DNA of 64,000 bases, from the NCBI GenBank assembly GCA_051530055.1, contig CM121341.1, positions 558,001 to 622,000 on the forward strand. Reading direction: 5' to 3'. Below, one piece after another: positions 10,930 through 23,639 of the stretch. The notes beneath the pieces are model-generated. The model made no database searches. It saw nothing but the letters and a program-made list of their open reading frames with translations, and was not told where the DNA came from. Numbering within the stretch: position 1 is the first letter of the stretch; each line of letters starts with the position of its first letter. A program made the position numbers and the translations under genes. Origin of the DNA: Neoechinorhynchus agilis. Its lineage: Eukaryota; Animalia; Acanthocephala.

Positions 10930-13900
10930 TTTTCTTTACATTCACCACCTCCCGCCAAATTCCAGCTTTTGTCCTTCCTCGACCGTCGCCATCACGCTGG
11001 CAGCATTGCCCCGTTGTACTGCCAGCGAGATATTTTGTCGAAGAAATAAGCCTGCTCTTGAGTCTCCGGTTGCCCCTCTCAATTTCTTCGAGAGATCCTT
11101 GAGCAGAGAGAGTGCCGAGCTGCCGAGCGCTCCATACGTCTCTACCCCAAAGGGGACAAAATAGTGAGCCCTCGATAGCTGCATATATTTTCGTACCTTC
11201 CTCCCTTCCGCTGCACTGGCGGCACCACCGGCGATTTCGAGGGAGTAGGGGATGTTGCTGGCTGCGAGGGTGTCCACACACGTGGCGTCCCAGAGGAGGC
11301 ATTTGCCCTCCCGCCACGGGAAGACCGAAATTCCATCGGGCCTACGGCCGTCTAGTCTGCAGAGGTGGGCGGGTTCCAGGATGTTCGGGAAGTTCGCCGT
11401 TCTCAACGCCCGAGAAATTACGTTATTAATTTCAGAATGGCGTGAAAACCTTCCTGCTGACCTTCTGCAGACGAGACCGTGTCGCCCGAAAGCATCAACC
11501 AAAGACCCACATCGACAGCGATGGGGCGTGCATATCGGGAGACCGAGTCTTAAGGATACTGCGATCCTCGTCACCTCGTCAGTAAGAAGAGTTCCCACAG
11601 ATGCCAGAGGAACAGCCTCCAACCACGCCCCAGATTCTCGTGTTGAAACTGCCAACAGTCTAGCTCGGACGACCCCATCGCGAGAACCTGAAAGAAGAGA
11701 GCTGTGAGCTCTCGCGACAAGAGGTCCGTCCCAGATCGACTGTCTGAGGCCATTCACGGGAACTTGGTTAGCGCCTGTCTGCTGGCACCATTCCTCAACC
11801 GCCACCACGAAATCCCGGTCAAGACAAAACTTTTCTTTCAAAATGTTCTTCGAGACTGGTAGGCTCCCCTCAAACGATCCAAGAAAGGCCGGCAAAGCAA
11901 GGTCGACTAGTGCCCGAATTACCAATCCCCCAGATGACACAGGCAAAGAAGCTTGTCGCCACGCCTCATCTGAGAGCTGGACATTTAAAATACGCTCGAG
12001 GCAAGCCCTCACCTTATTGTCCAGCTTTGCCAATCCTTCTTTGTGTTTGAAAAATGTTGCTGTGCGAACCTTGTACAATAATTTGGGGATGAAGAGCGCG
12101 TTCTTTATGAGAAACAGGGCTTCATGAGCCAAGAGAGCGCACACCCTATCGCACAGCAACGAAAGTTTCGGTATGATATGGCCGATCTCATCTTCCACAT
12201 TTGAATCGAAGACACAACTGCCCAAGAGGCTGAGTTGTTCCCGAGTCACGAGTTTCAGACCTGGAGCTACGGCCTCGAACCCAGCCATTAGTTCTTTGAC
12301 TTTAGCGGCGTCTCCAATATTCAGTACAAGGAGCTCACATTTTCCAGCATTAAGCTCAATGCCCATCTTCGAGGTTTCCCTAATCAGCGTCTCCAAATCG
12401 CGCAGTACAACGGAGGGATCACCTCCGAGCGTAGCGTCATCCAAGTACCAAGCGTTGAAGCTGGAATGGAGAGAATGCGCTATTGGGTTTACTGTTAGGG
12501 AGAATCCGATTGGACCGAGGGGATCTCCTTGCTGCACTCCTCTTTCGGACCAAATGAGGTGGTCTTCGAAAAGCAAAGGAATCGCCGTCCCGTAGGCATT
12601 GAGAAAATACTGGAAGGCTTCTGGTGCGTGATCCCTAATTGCGCGGAACATGCTTTATTAAGAGAGTTAAAGGCGTTCCGAAAATCGCACTTAAGAATCA
12701 CGCACGGCGCTGAGCTACTCGTAGCAAAGTTTCGGAGCGAGTGGACGATAGCTTCCGCCCCGCAGGATGTGCAGCAGCCCAGTTGGACTGGACGAAGTTG
12801 CTGCCCGGTTTTCTCTGTAATACGTTTGCAGAGAATTTTTCCTGCAAGTCGGCGTATCGTCGAAGATACGGCGATGGGACGAATACCACCTTCTTTTTTT
12901 GGGAGAGCACATAATGATGCTCCGAAAAATAGGTCTTTTGCAACGGGGTTCAGGTCCTCTCCAGTCAGGCGGTCGACTATTCGAGAAAGCGCACTTTCTA
13001 GAGAGAGAGCTGCTTCACCAGTTGAAAAGGACATCATGTCCTTTAAGTGCTGAGGCCTTAGTCCGTCAAGCCCGTGACCCGAACCATTTGCAAAAGTTGA
13101 GATGGCCTTTTTCATCTCTGAAATTTGAGTGGGCGTCCTGTCCTGAATGAGAGGAGATGGAATTTCAAAGCTTCCGCTACTACATGGGTGCTTCGACCGG
13201 AGTATTTGTAGCGTCTCGCTGTCTCCTTTTGCGAAACTGTCGGAGGATGACAATAACAGAACAGCCCCCCGAACATCCCCGTCCGCAAGCTTCGAAGAGA
13301 CACGCTCAGTCAGTGATCGCTTTGAAAAACGGCAGCGATACTCTTCCTTCGTGCGTCCCTTAGAAACCTCGCGGAGATTCCTTTCAAAAATTTTAAATAT
13401 TTGTTCAAAGGAATCTAACCTTTCCTTGATTGTTGATGTCAAAGACACCCCAGAATCACCGCTGGTGCAGAGGACTAAGCGCGGGAAAGCGAAGAGCCGT
13501 GTCCATGAAGGCGCACAGTTCGTTTGCAGGCAATCATTGAATGGACAAACAAAACCCCCATATTTGTTAATTTAAAAAACTTACCGCAAACCGGACACAA
13601 ACCAATAGAGACGCGTGGGAGCCCGGCAGCGTTGGTCTTCTCAGATTGCACGTGATCGATAAGTAGCTCGTTCAAATTATCTGCGTCACCAGCGTCGATT
13701 GTAGGCGATTTGAACACATTGTGATGTAGTTTGGAATTTCTGCAAAACCTATCCGATGCTGAGATCGTCCTGAGCCTTCTTGGAGGTATAGCGCTGGGAG
13801 GTGAATCTAATCCGTCGCTAGATCCATCGTCTGACTGCTTGGCTTTGGGCGGTGACTTCGGGGTAGTCGCTAATTCGTCACCTAGGCATCGTTGACGGCG

Positions 13901-14390
13901 GTGGTGGCATCGTTGACGGCGGTGGTGGCATCGTTGACGGCGGTGGTGGCATCGTTGACGGCGGTGGTGGCATCGTTGACGGCGGTGGTGGCATCGTTGA
14001 CGGCGGTGGTGGCATCGTTGACGGCGGTGGTGGCATCGTTGACGGCGGTGGTGGCATCGTTGACGGCGGTGGTGGCATCGTTGACGGCGGTGGTAGCATC
14101 GTTGACGGTGGTGGTATCGTTGACGGCGGTGGTGGCATCGTTGACGGCGGTGGTGGCATCGTTGACGGCGGTGGTGGCATCGTTGACGGCGGTGGTGGCA
14201 TCGTTGACGGCGGTGGTGGCATCGTTGACGGCGGTGGTGGCAACGTTGACGGCGGTGGTGGCATCGTTGACGGCGGTGGTGGCATCGTTGACGGCGGTGG
14301 TGGCATCGTTGACGGCGGTGGTGGCATCGTTGACGGCGGTGGTGGCATCGTTGACGGCGGTGGTGGCATCGTTGACGGCGGGAAATTTCC
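10930..14390 (-). mobile_element. CRE-like (RLE-type) non-LTR retrotransposon, family 1, frameshifted
   Basis: N-terminal CPVC..H finger. RT motifs GIRPIAV, DFRNAFN, GVQQGDPLGP, WYLDD. CRCG..HGLVC..RH knuckle. RLE motif RPDG...WD.TCVD, then FVPFGVETYG and QRGNAASV. Frameshifts near 13500 and 12655. Ends approximate. Confidence 0.85.
13885..14381. repeat. 21-bp minisatellite (GGCATCGTTGACGGCGGTGGT), ~24 copies
   Basis: Directly visible. One 18-bp variant unit near 14100 and a few substitutions. Lies at the 5' end of the CRE-like element. Confidence 0.97.
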
Positions 14391-14430
14391 TATTCTGTAT
14401 TACGGATCAATCTTTAAATCGATTTAAGAT

Positions 14431-15091
14431 AAATATTTTAACCGAAACATATCAGCCCTGTAGTGAAACTTGAAAATCGAATTATACATTGCGATTGTTT
14501 TTAAATCTTCGATACCATTTACCGTCTATCTTTGTTTATTATTTGGCATTTTTGTTTACTATTGTTTGCTGTAGTACCAACAGGGGTATAGCGGAGCGAT
14601 ATCTCTAATTCATTGTCGATTATCAAGTGCCACCAATCATGAATAATAAAATCGTGAACTCGATTGTGCAGGGAATTGTGAGCAATCTGAAGCCTCAAAT
14701 CTGCGATGCACTCGGCCTTCAAAATTGTTGCAATGTGATCGCTGTTAGATATCAGATCTTATCTGGACCTAACGATATAGATCTGTCAATTCGTGTAAGT
14801 ACTGTTTATGATTTCTACTCGAATCACTCAATCTTTGTCGTTAAGGTGCGAGCCGATGACGGTGCATACTATGACATTCTGGTATGGTTGGACATTGGGG
14901 TCGACAGTCCTGTGATTGCTAATTTCGACGCCGTAGTAGCCAGCGACGTTAATCCAGAAAGCAGCTTGACTCTTTCTTAAGAGCTTAGTCGAAAATAGAT
15001 GATCCTAGATAGACATAGTATTAAACGTTAGTTTACACCATTAAACAGCGATAGTTACGTTTGTATGTCTTTGGAATTGGGTTTTCGTATA
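14431..15091 (+). repeat. ~660-bp dispersed duplication (partner 57948-58589) carrying the stefin-like gene
   Basis: Near-identical at offset 43498 over most of its length; a small indel near the 5' end. Confidence 0.93.
14639..14980 (+). CDS. Stefin (type 1 cystatin)-like protein, copy 1; predicted intron 14795-14845, spliced 96 aa
   Basis: Spliced product ...IVSNLKPQI...AVRYQILSGPNDIDLSIR|VRADDGAYYDILVW... resembles stefin A (IVDKVKPQL...AVQYKTQVVAGTNYYIK|VRAGDNKYMHLKVF). The phase-0 GTAAGT...TTAAG intron falls at the position I recall for stefin intron 2. Confidence 0.7.
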   Translation: MNNKIVNSIVQGIVSNLKPQICDALGLQNCCNVIAVRYQILSGPNDIDLSIRVSTVYDFYSNHSIFVVKVRADDGAYYDILVWLDIGVDSPVIANFDAVVASDVNPESSLTLS

Positions 15092-15193
15092 ATGCAAATT
15101 GAACACTTTTAAAAAGTTCATTACAGCTTGCATATGAGCTTTAGAAAATCCAGAAAATGCATTTATTAGCAAAATGTAAGAAAATCGAACAAT

Positions 15194-16673
15194 TCAGACG
15201 CATCTCAAACATTCCTTAATGAGCATCTCCTTCCAAGTGCCGTTTAAAAGAGCTTCATCGATGTCCTCATCGTAAAAGTTGAATACCTTCTGTTTTGTGC
15301 AATTTACGTTAAACGACTTTAAGATGGCAAAAAGAGAGCTATACCGCGTAAACTTCGCAATCTTCATACCAAGGTTCAACGTATGGATGTCTTATTAAAC
15401 AACCATCATTTTAGGCAAATTCCCAAATATGCAATTGCTTGGCTCAAGTTGCTTTGCGCGAATACTTTATTTACAAAGATAAACGACAAATATTTAGAAT
15501 TGCATCGAATTTAAAACCAAAATCTGAATGGGGCTATTTTTTTATAGGGAAAATTTTCAAAAAAAATCAATGTAGTCAATGCACAAGTACAGCGGCGCTT
15601 AATGATGGTGATTTCTTAGGGCTTCAATGAAAGAGAGTCTTTGCTTTGGGTTTATAATTAACATTTTGAGATCAGATGTCTCGCGTTTGAAGCTATATTG
15701 CGATTAGGCGATTTATATTTTAATTGTCTTTACCGGTGAGATCTGTGTTATCTAAATCCGTTTCAAAATCGGAGTCTTTGAAGATTTGATCAAAAGGATA
15801 TCCGGGTTCGATTGGTTGATTATTTAGATAAGTTTTGATAGGTTGACTCAATGAGGAGATGAAATCATCGTCGGGACCACCAAGCGTTCGATTTATTATG
15901 TGCCATTGGTGTGTAGACTCCATCAGCTCAGTTACAATATATCTGTAGAATACGAAGTAGGAATCTAAGATTAAAATAAATCCGATAAAACGAAGGCAAA
16001 GTGCGTAAAAGCGAAGGTCAAAGTTGTAGTATAAAATCTATAATGTTAAAGAAAGAGGATTCTATTATTTAAATAGTTTTGTGTTATGAACCGATTTTAG
16101 TTCTTAATACTGAAGTTTTGCAATTTTTCTCTTAATTTCCGCCCTACACTGAAACACACTTTTCGACCACTGCTCGAGAAAATAATATGTTATTTTAACT
16201 TAATGATATTACCGAACTTTATAAAAGTTAATAAAAATTTCGACAGACTTTTATTATTTCCATTAAAGAATATCAACATTAAGGAAAAGCAATCTCAAAA
16301 ATTTTATGTTTATTAATTAGGTTGACTTTTTTATTTTCATTAGATCAATAAAAAAAATTTCAACTGAAACATCACTTACTGTAACTTAAGAATAAAAGGT
16401 TTAAAGGAAGGATGAATTTAGCAAAAATATTATCTCAAACTCACATATCAATATAGTTTACTATCTCCGTCGTGAATATTTAAACTAGTTTAACAATCTA
16501 TTTATGATCGTGAAAAGGTTAAAAGTGAACAATTTTAATCTTACATTTTTGTGAGCAGCTTTCTTCAATATCCTTATTTCTCTTAACACTCTTTAAGCGT
16601 CCATTCGACTTCGCGTTGGTTTGATTAGCTTTTTTATTGCAACTTTTCGTTGTGGACAGCATCGAAACATGAG
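15194..16673 (-). pseudogene. JNK-like: Divergent JNK-like MAP kinase pseudogene; 5' end missing, catalytic core deleted
   Basis: Exons 16545-16673 (SCFDAVHNE.VAIKKLIKP..DA*RVLREIRILKKAAHKN), 16445-16497, 15734-15942 (YIVTELMES/THQW..LGGPDDDF..IKTYLNNQP..GYPFDQIF), 15345-15692 (ASNARHLISK..EAL/RHPYVEPWY) and 15194-15289 (TWKEML.KEC). GT-AG introns of 47, 502, 41 and 55 nt at JNK-like positions. Two nonsense codons, two 1-nt frameshifts and one insertion. Confidence 0.85.
15395..15614. mobile_element. ~220-bp MITE-like insertion in the JNK-like exon
   Basis: Imperfect 14-bp TIRs (AAACAACCATCATT / AATGATGGTGATTT) with flanking CTTA repeats. Removing it restores EALRHPY. Confidence 0.6.
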
Positions 16674-16714
16674 CTAGCGATTCTCTAGTGAAATTCAAAA
16701 GAGAATTTTTACAA

Positions 16715-19459
16715 AGCGCTTCACTATAATTTTGACGCGCTTTTAGAAAACGTTATCAATCAAATTCAAACAAGAGATTTGAAAACGCATTCGTGTACCA
16801 CTCTTAGATCTTCACTCTTATTTAGACGCGCTTTTGAAAAGCATCATCAACCAATAAATACAAGAGATATGAATACGCATTCGTGTACTCACTCTTAGTA
16901 TGTCGCTATAATTTAGAGGCGCTTTTTGAAAACATTGTCAATCAAAAAAAACAAGAGATATGAATACGCATTTGTGTACTCACATTTATTGTTTCGCTTT
17001 AATTTAGACGCGCTTTTGGAAAACATTATCAACGAAAAAATACAAGAAATTGGAAAACACATTCGTGTGCTCACTCTTAGTGCTTTACTTTAATTTAGAC
17101 TCGCTTTTGGAAAACATTATCAATCAAATAAAAAACAAGAGATTTGAAAACGCATTCGTGTACTAACTCCTAGTGCTTCACTTCAATTTCGACGCGCTTT
17201 TAAAAAACATTATCAATAAAATAAAAACAAGAGATTATAAAACGCATTCGTGTACTCACTCTTAGTGCCTCACTCTAATTTGAACGCGCATTTGGAAAAC
17301 ATTATCAATAAAATAAAAACAAGAGATATGAAAACGCATTTGGGTACTCACTCTTAGTTCTTCACTTTAATTTGGACGCGCTTTTGGAAAACATTATAAA
17401 TCAAAAAAGACAAGGGATTTGAAAACGCATTCGTGTACTTACTCTTAGTGCTTTACTTTAATTAAGACGCGCTTTTGGAAAACATTATCAATCAAATAAA
17501 AACAAGAGATTTGAAAACGCATTCGTGTACTAACTCTTAGCGCTTCACTTTAATTCAGACGCGTTTTTTGAGAACAATGTCAACAAAAATAAAACAAGAG
17601 ATTCTAAAACGCATTCGTATACTCACACCTAGTACTTAACTTTAACTTAGACGGGCTTTTGGAAAGCATTATCAATCAAATAAAACAAGAGATTTTAAAA
17701 CGTATTCGTGTACTCACTCTTAGATCTTCAATTTAATTCAGACGCGCTTTTTGAAACCATTATCAACCAAATAAAAACAAGAGATATGAATAATCATTCG
17801 TGTACTCACTCTTAGTATGTCGCTATAATTCAGACGCGCTTTTTGAAAACATTGTCAATCAAATAAAAACAAGAGATTTGAAGACGCTTTCGTGTACCCA
17901 CTCTTAGTGGTTCACTTTAATTTGGACGCACATGTGGAAAACATTATCAATAAAACAAAAACAAGAGATATGAAAACGCATTTGTGTACTCACTCTTAGT
18001 GCTTCACTTAAATTTAGACGCGCTTTTGTAAAACATTATCAATAAAAAAACAAGGGATTTGAAAACGCATTCGTGTACTAACTCTTAAGCTTCACTTTAA
18101 TTTATACGCGCTTTTGGAAAACATTACCAATCAATTAAAAACAAGAGATTTAAAAACGCATTCGTGTACTCAGTCTCAGCGCTTCACTTTAATTTGGACA
18201 CGCTTTTGGAAAACATTATCAATCAAATAAAAACAAGATATTTGAAAACGCATTCGTGTACTCACTCTTAGTGCTTCACTTTAATTTTGACTCGCTTTTT
18301 GAGAACATTGTAAATCATATAAAAACAAGAGATTCTATAATGGATTCGTGTACTCACTCTTAGTGCTTAACTTTAATTTGGACGCCCTTTTGGAAAACAT
18401 GATCAATAGAATAAAAACGAGAGATTTGAAAACGCATTCGTGTACTTACTCTGAGTGCTTCACTTTAATTAAGACGCGCTTTTGGAAAACATTATCAATA
18501 AAATAAAAAGAATAGATTTGAAAACGCATTCATGTACTAACTCTTAGCGCTTCACTTTAATTTAGAAGCGTTTTTTGAAAACATTGTAAATCAAAATAAA
18601 ACAAGAGATTCTAAAACGCATTCATATACTCACTCCTAGTACTTAACTTTAACTTAGACGCGATTTGTGAAAGCATTATCAATCAAATAAAACAAGAGAT
18701 TTTAAAACGTATTCGTGTACTCACTCTTATATCTTCACTTTAATTTAGACGCGCTTTTGGAAAACGTTATCAACAAAATAAAAAACAAGAGATTTTAAAA
18801 CGCATTCGTGTACGCACTCTTAATGCTTCACTTTAATTTTGACGCGCTTTTGGAAAACATTATAAATAAAAAAACAAGGGATTTGATAACGCATTCGTGT
18901 ACTTACTCTTAGTGCTTCACTTTAATTTTGACGCGCTTTTGGAAAATATTTTGAATAAAAAAACAATTTATTTAAAAACACATTTGTGTACTAACTCCAG
19001 GTTCTTCACTTTAATTTTGACGCGCTTTTGGAAAACATTATCAGTCAAATAAAAACAAGAGATTTGAAAACGCATTCGTGTACTCACTCTTAATGCTTCA
19101 CTTTAATTTTGACGCGCTTTTCGAAAACATTATCAGTCATAAAAACAAGAGATTTGAAAACGCATTCGTGTACTCACTCTTAATGCTTCACTTTAATTTT
19201 GACGCGCTTTTCGAAAACATTATCAACCAAATAAAAACGAGCGATTTGAAAACGCATTCGCGTACTCACTCTAAGTGCTTCACTTTAATTTTGACGCGCT
19301 TTTGGAATACATTATCTATCAAATTAAAACGAGCGATTATAAAACGCATTCGTGTACTTACTCTTAGTGCTTCACTTTAATTTTGACGGACTTTTGGAAA
19401 ACATTATCAATAAAAAAACAAGGGATTTGAAGACGCATTCGTGTACTTACTCTTAGTGC
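16715..19459 (+). repeat. ~92-bp satellite array, block 1
   Basis: Consensus TTTTGGAAAACATTATCAATCAAATAAAAACAAGAGATTTGAAAACGCATTCGTGTACTCACTCTTAGTGCTTCACTTTAATTTAGACGCGC; units 89-93 bp. Confidence 0.97.
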
Positions 19460-22400
19460 TGTGGCGGCGACTTCTTTCACGTGAATGACGGGCAACCGGA
19501 AGAAGTTTCCTTTCGTCGAATGAAGGAAGGACAACTCGCATTTGACCAATGTAGAAAATAATAAAATACTTCGTTCGTACCACGTGACGCCTCAAAATTG
19601 GTGACCCCGACGCAATGATGCAACAACGGCAACCTTTTGATGGCAATATCGTTACGGACGCACACTGGAGCGGAAGTACTTCCTCGGTTATTTTCATGAA
19701 CCAGGCTTTGGCAAACCTCGCCCAGATCAACTCGGTCTCGGTGAGACTTCCGATTTTCACTCGGAAGGACGTTTGTATGTGGTTTTCGCAGGTGGAAGCA
19801 ACATTCAACCTGCGCCACATTACCCAGGATCAAACGAAGTATGACTTCGTTTTTACAAGTTTGGACGCCGGGACTATGTCGGCTAAGGAGTTTCGTCGCC
19901 AACCTGTCACCGCCCGGCGATCGGTACAACGCGCTGAAAAGTCGCTTGAAACAGATCTTTAGCATTCCCGAATTTGGCGGATGCAGGAGATAGTGGAGAT
20001 AACAATCAAGGAGGACACCCCCTCGCGCCTACTGGAACGCATGTTGGCGTTGTACGCTCCGAACTCGTACCCGGCAGCTGGTCCCTTGTTTCGGTACCAC
20101 TTCATCAACAAGCTGCCGACGAATGTCCGTGAACTGGTCGCCTCCATGGATACTCTCGATCTGACCGCACTGGCCGAAGTCGCTGACAAATTTTTCTTCC
20201 AAATAACAGACGACTCCACAGTCTGCGCGATCGATCAAGCAAGCCCGATAGTGGACGTGGTTCGACGACATGACAAAAGCAAGGTATCTACGAGGATAAT
20301 ACCGGGCATCTGTCGTTTCCATGCCAAGTAGGGCAACCGCGCCAGGAACTGCATCCCATCCTGCATCTTCAACGGTAAAGTGGCCTCAACGGGGCAGGGA
20401 AACGCCTCTGCCGGCCGCCAATAATCGTCCAAACGACCGGCACCAGCAACATGGGCGACCTCTTGTTCGTTTTCGGTGTAAACTCCCGTCGGAGTTTCCT
20501 CGTCGACACAACGGCACAAGTTAGCATCGTCCCACCGTCCAGGGACGAACGAGCCCACCCCAGCAAAAAGCGCCTCATCGCCGCAAACCACAGCACCATC
20601 AAGACCTACGGCACCAAAAGACTCGCTCAACCTCGCAGGCCGGGCCCGATACTCGTGGAACTTCATAATAGCCGACGTCAGACACCCCATCCTTGGTTCC
20701 GATTTCCTCCGAAACGTCGGGCTATTGATCGATTTGCAGGCCAAGAGACTTGTCGCCACTTCACGAACCACCGTCATTCCCTTGGAGGCACCGAGGTAAA
20801 CTCAACTGGTCAGCGTCCTGACCAGGCCCAGCAACAACTTCGAGGCCTTGTTCTTTAAATACCCGTCTGTCCTTACACCAAGATTAGACTAGGCTGCGCG
20901 GCACCAGGTACAACATCACAAAGTGACGCGCGGCCCACCTCGACACCCACGGGCACGGCGCCTTGCTCCAGCTATCCTCCGGACGGTTAAAGAAGAGTAT
21001 AGGAAGCTCGAACAGATGGGGATCATCCGCAAGTCAAGCAGTCCGTGGTCGAGCCCCCTTCACACAGTCGACAAAGCCGACGGAACCAAGCGGCCCTGCG
21101 GAGACTACAGACAAGTAAACGATGCGACGGAGCCAGACAGGTACCCCCTGCCGCACATCCACGATTTTGTCGGTAACCTGCACGGATGTTCGGTTTTCGC
21201 GAAGATCGACTTGGTCAAGGGCTACCACCAGATCCCAGTCGCCTCGGAAGACATCCCAAAGACGGCGATCATCACACCATTCGGCCTTTGGGAGTATTCT
21301 CGGATGCCGTTCGGTCTACGCAACAGCGCCCAGACCTTCCAAAGGTTTATGGACTCCGTCCTAGGCGACCTACCGTACATTTTCGTCTACATCCTCGTCG
21401 CTTCCCGCAACAGGGCGGGACACCTCAGACATCTGGAGGTACTCCTCAAACGACTACAGGAGTTCGGCCTCGTCATCAACGCGGAGAAATGCAGGTTCGG
21501 TCTCAGCTCCGTCGATTTCCTTGGCCACACGGTTTCGAGCGCCGGCATCGCTCCCCTACCCGACAATGTGAAGAGCATCCGCGAGATTCCTAAGCCCTCA
21601 ACGATGATCGAGCTACAGCCGTTCCTGGGGATGGTCAACTACTACCATCGTTTCCTCCCCCGAGCCGCCAAGATCATGGTCCCTCTTCACCGAGTTCTGG
21701 ACGTCCACCCCAAGGCCAAGAACAACATTGTCCAGTGGGACCCAGAATCGTCGCAGGCCTTCCAAGACACCAAGGAGCTACTGGCACGTGCGGCCCTCCT
21801 TGCTCACCCCAACACAGAAGCAGCGCTCGCCATTATCACTGATGCCTCGGACCTGGCAGTCGGCGCAGCCCTCCAGCAACGGAAACAAGGCGGTATCTGG
21901 CAGCCCCTCTCCTTCTTCAGCAGGAAGCTGCGCGATGCTGAGACAAGGTACAGCTATCTACGATAAAGAGCTTTTGGTTATTTTCCTCGCGGTCAAACAC
22001 TTTCTCCCCCAAGTCGAGGGACGCGAGTTCACGATCTTCACCGACCTCAGCCCGTCAACAGCGGCACCTTGCATTTATTGCAGAATACACCTCTGACATA
22101 CGCCACGTAGCCGGTCAGAACAACGTAGTCGCAGACTCTCTCTCCCGCCCCCCAGTGGTGTTCGGCGTCTCCCTGAATATCGACTACGAACGGTTGGCCG
22201 CGGACCAGGAGGCCGACGACGGGTACATTACCTGCCAGTCAGCCTGTACGATGCTCCGCTGGGAAAAGATCGAACTGTCAACTGGAGGACCGGGACTGCT
22301 CTGCGACGTCTCCACGGACCAGCCCAGGCCGTGGCTTCCACTTGCCCTGGCGCAGCCGGGTCTTCCACCTCATCCACGACACTGCGCACCCCGGGGCCAA

Positions 22401-23639
22401 CGGAACAATCAAGCTCATCTCTAAGCGGTTCGTATGGCACGGCATGGCAAAGGACCTCCGCCAATGGTCGAGGGTTTGCGTCTCCTGCCAGCGGTCCAAA
22501 GTCCACAGACATGTAAAGAGCGACCTCTCTGCATTCCAGCTACCGGCTACCCGCTTCGCCCAGGTTCACGTAGACTTGGTTGGACCCCTCCCATCCTCCA
22601 ACGGATTTCAATACATACTAACCATGGTCGACCGACACACACGCGGTGGTCCGAAGCCGTTCCGGTGAGCGACATCACTGCAGAGACCTGCGCAAAGGCG
22701 TTCCTGGGCGCCTGGGTCGCTAGGTTCGGCGCACCGAGTCATATTACCTCCGACAGAGGAAACCAGTTCACCTCTGGTATCTGGACGCACCTCGGCGAGG
22801 CCCTCGGAGTAGACGTCCACCGTACGACCGCCTACCGCCCGCAAGCCAATGGCATGGTGGAGCGTTTCCACCGGCAGCTCAAATCCTCCCTCACGGCCCG
22901 CCTATCATCATCGGCGTGGGCCAGAGACCTGCTTTGGGTCCTCTTGAAGCTACATACCTTGCCCAAGGAAGATCTGGGTTGTTCCCCGGCAGAAGTAGTC
23001 TACGGATCCACACTGCGACTGCCTGGAGAGTTCGTTCAGGACGCTGCATCGGAGATACCCAGCCTTCGTTTAGCCCAACTCAGAGACAAGCTAATGGATT
23101 TAATGCCCACGCCTCCCAGGTGGACCACGAAGCCTAATAGCAATAACCCGACCAGAGTGCCAGCTCCCCTTGATAACGCAAAATTTGTGTTTGTCAGGGT
23201 CGACGCGATCAAGCCCCCACTCTCCTGTCAGTACGATGGCCCGTACAAGGTCCTGCAGACCGGCACCAAGACGTTCAAGGTCCAGATCAATGGGAGAGAA
23301 GATCACGTCTCGGTGGACCGATTAAAGAGAGCTCACGTGAGCACGCAAACAAATGACCGCATCCCTGAAAAACAAATCACTGATCCGGTGCTGCCCCCGG
23401 TACCGCCTCTCAAGCAACAGACGACTCACTGCGGTCGTCAAGTCAAAAGACCGGCACGTCTCCAGGACGGAACGGATTAGTGCGGCGACACTGGAGGGGA
23501 GGTATGTTGCGGCGACTTCCTTCACGTGAATGACGGGCAACCGGAAGAAGTTTCCTTTCGCCGAATGAAGGAAGGAAAACACGCATTTGACCAATGTAGT
23601 AAATAATAAAATAGTTCGTTCGTACCACGTGACGCCGCA
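19460..23639 (+). mobile_element. Ty3/Gypsy LTR retrotransposon, CsRn1-like, degenerate
   Basis: 135-bp TG..CA LTRs at 19460-19594 and 23505-23639 (8 mismatches). PBS TGGTGACCCCGACG, PPT GGAGGGGAGG. Gag CHCC motif CRFH..*G.RARNCIPSC, PR LVDT, RT, RNase H TDAS, integrase HxxxxHPG...SDRG..F. Confidence 0.92.
19599..19612 (+). promoter_or_regulatory. Primer-binding site complementary to the tRNA-Trp 3' end
   Basis: TGGTGACCCCGACG, 4 nt after the 5' LTR. Confidence 0.85.

Noticed and set aside
14505-14591. Signal-peptide-like hydrophobic frame upstream of the stefin
   Set aside because: No ATG in that frame and no GT-AG pair joins it in phase to the stefin ORF.
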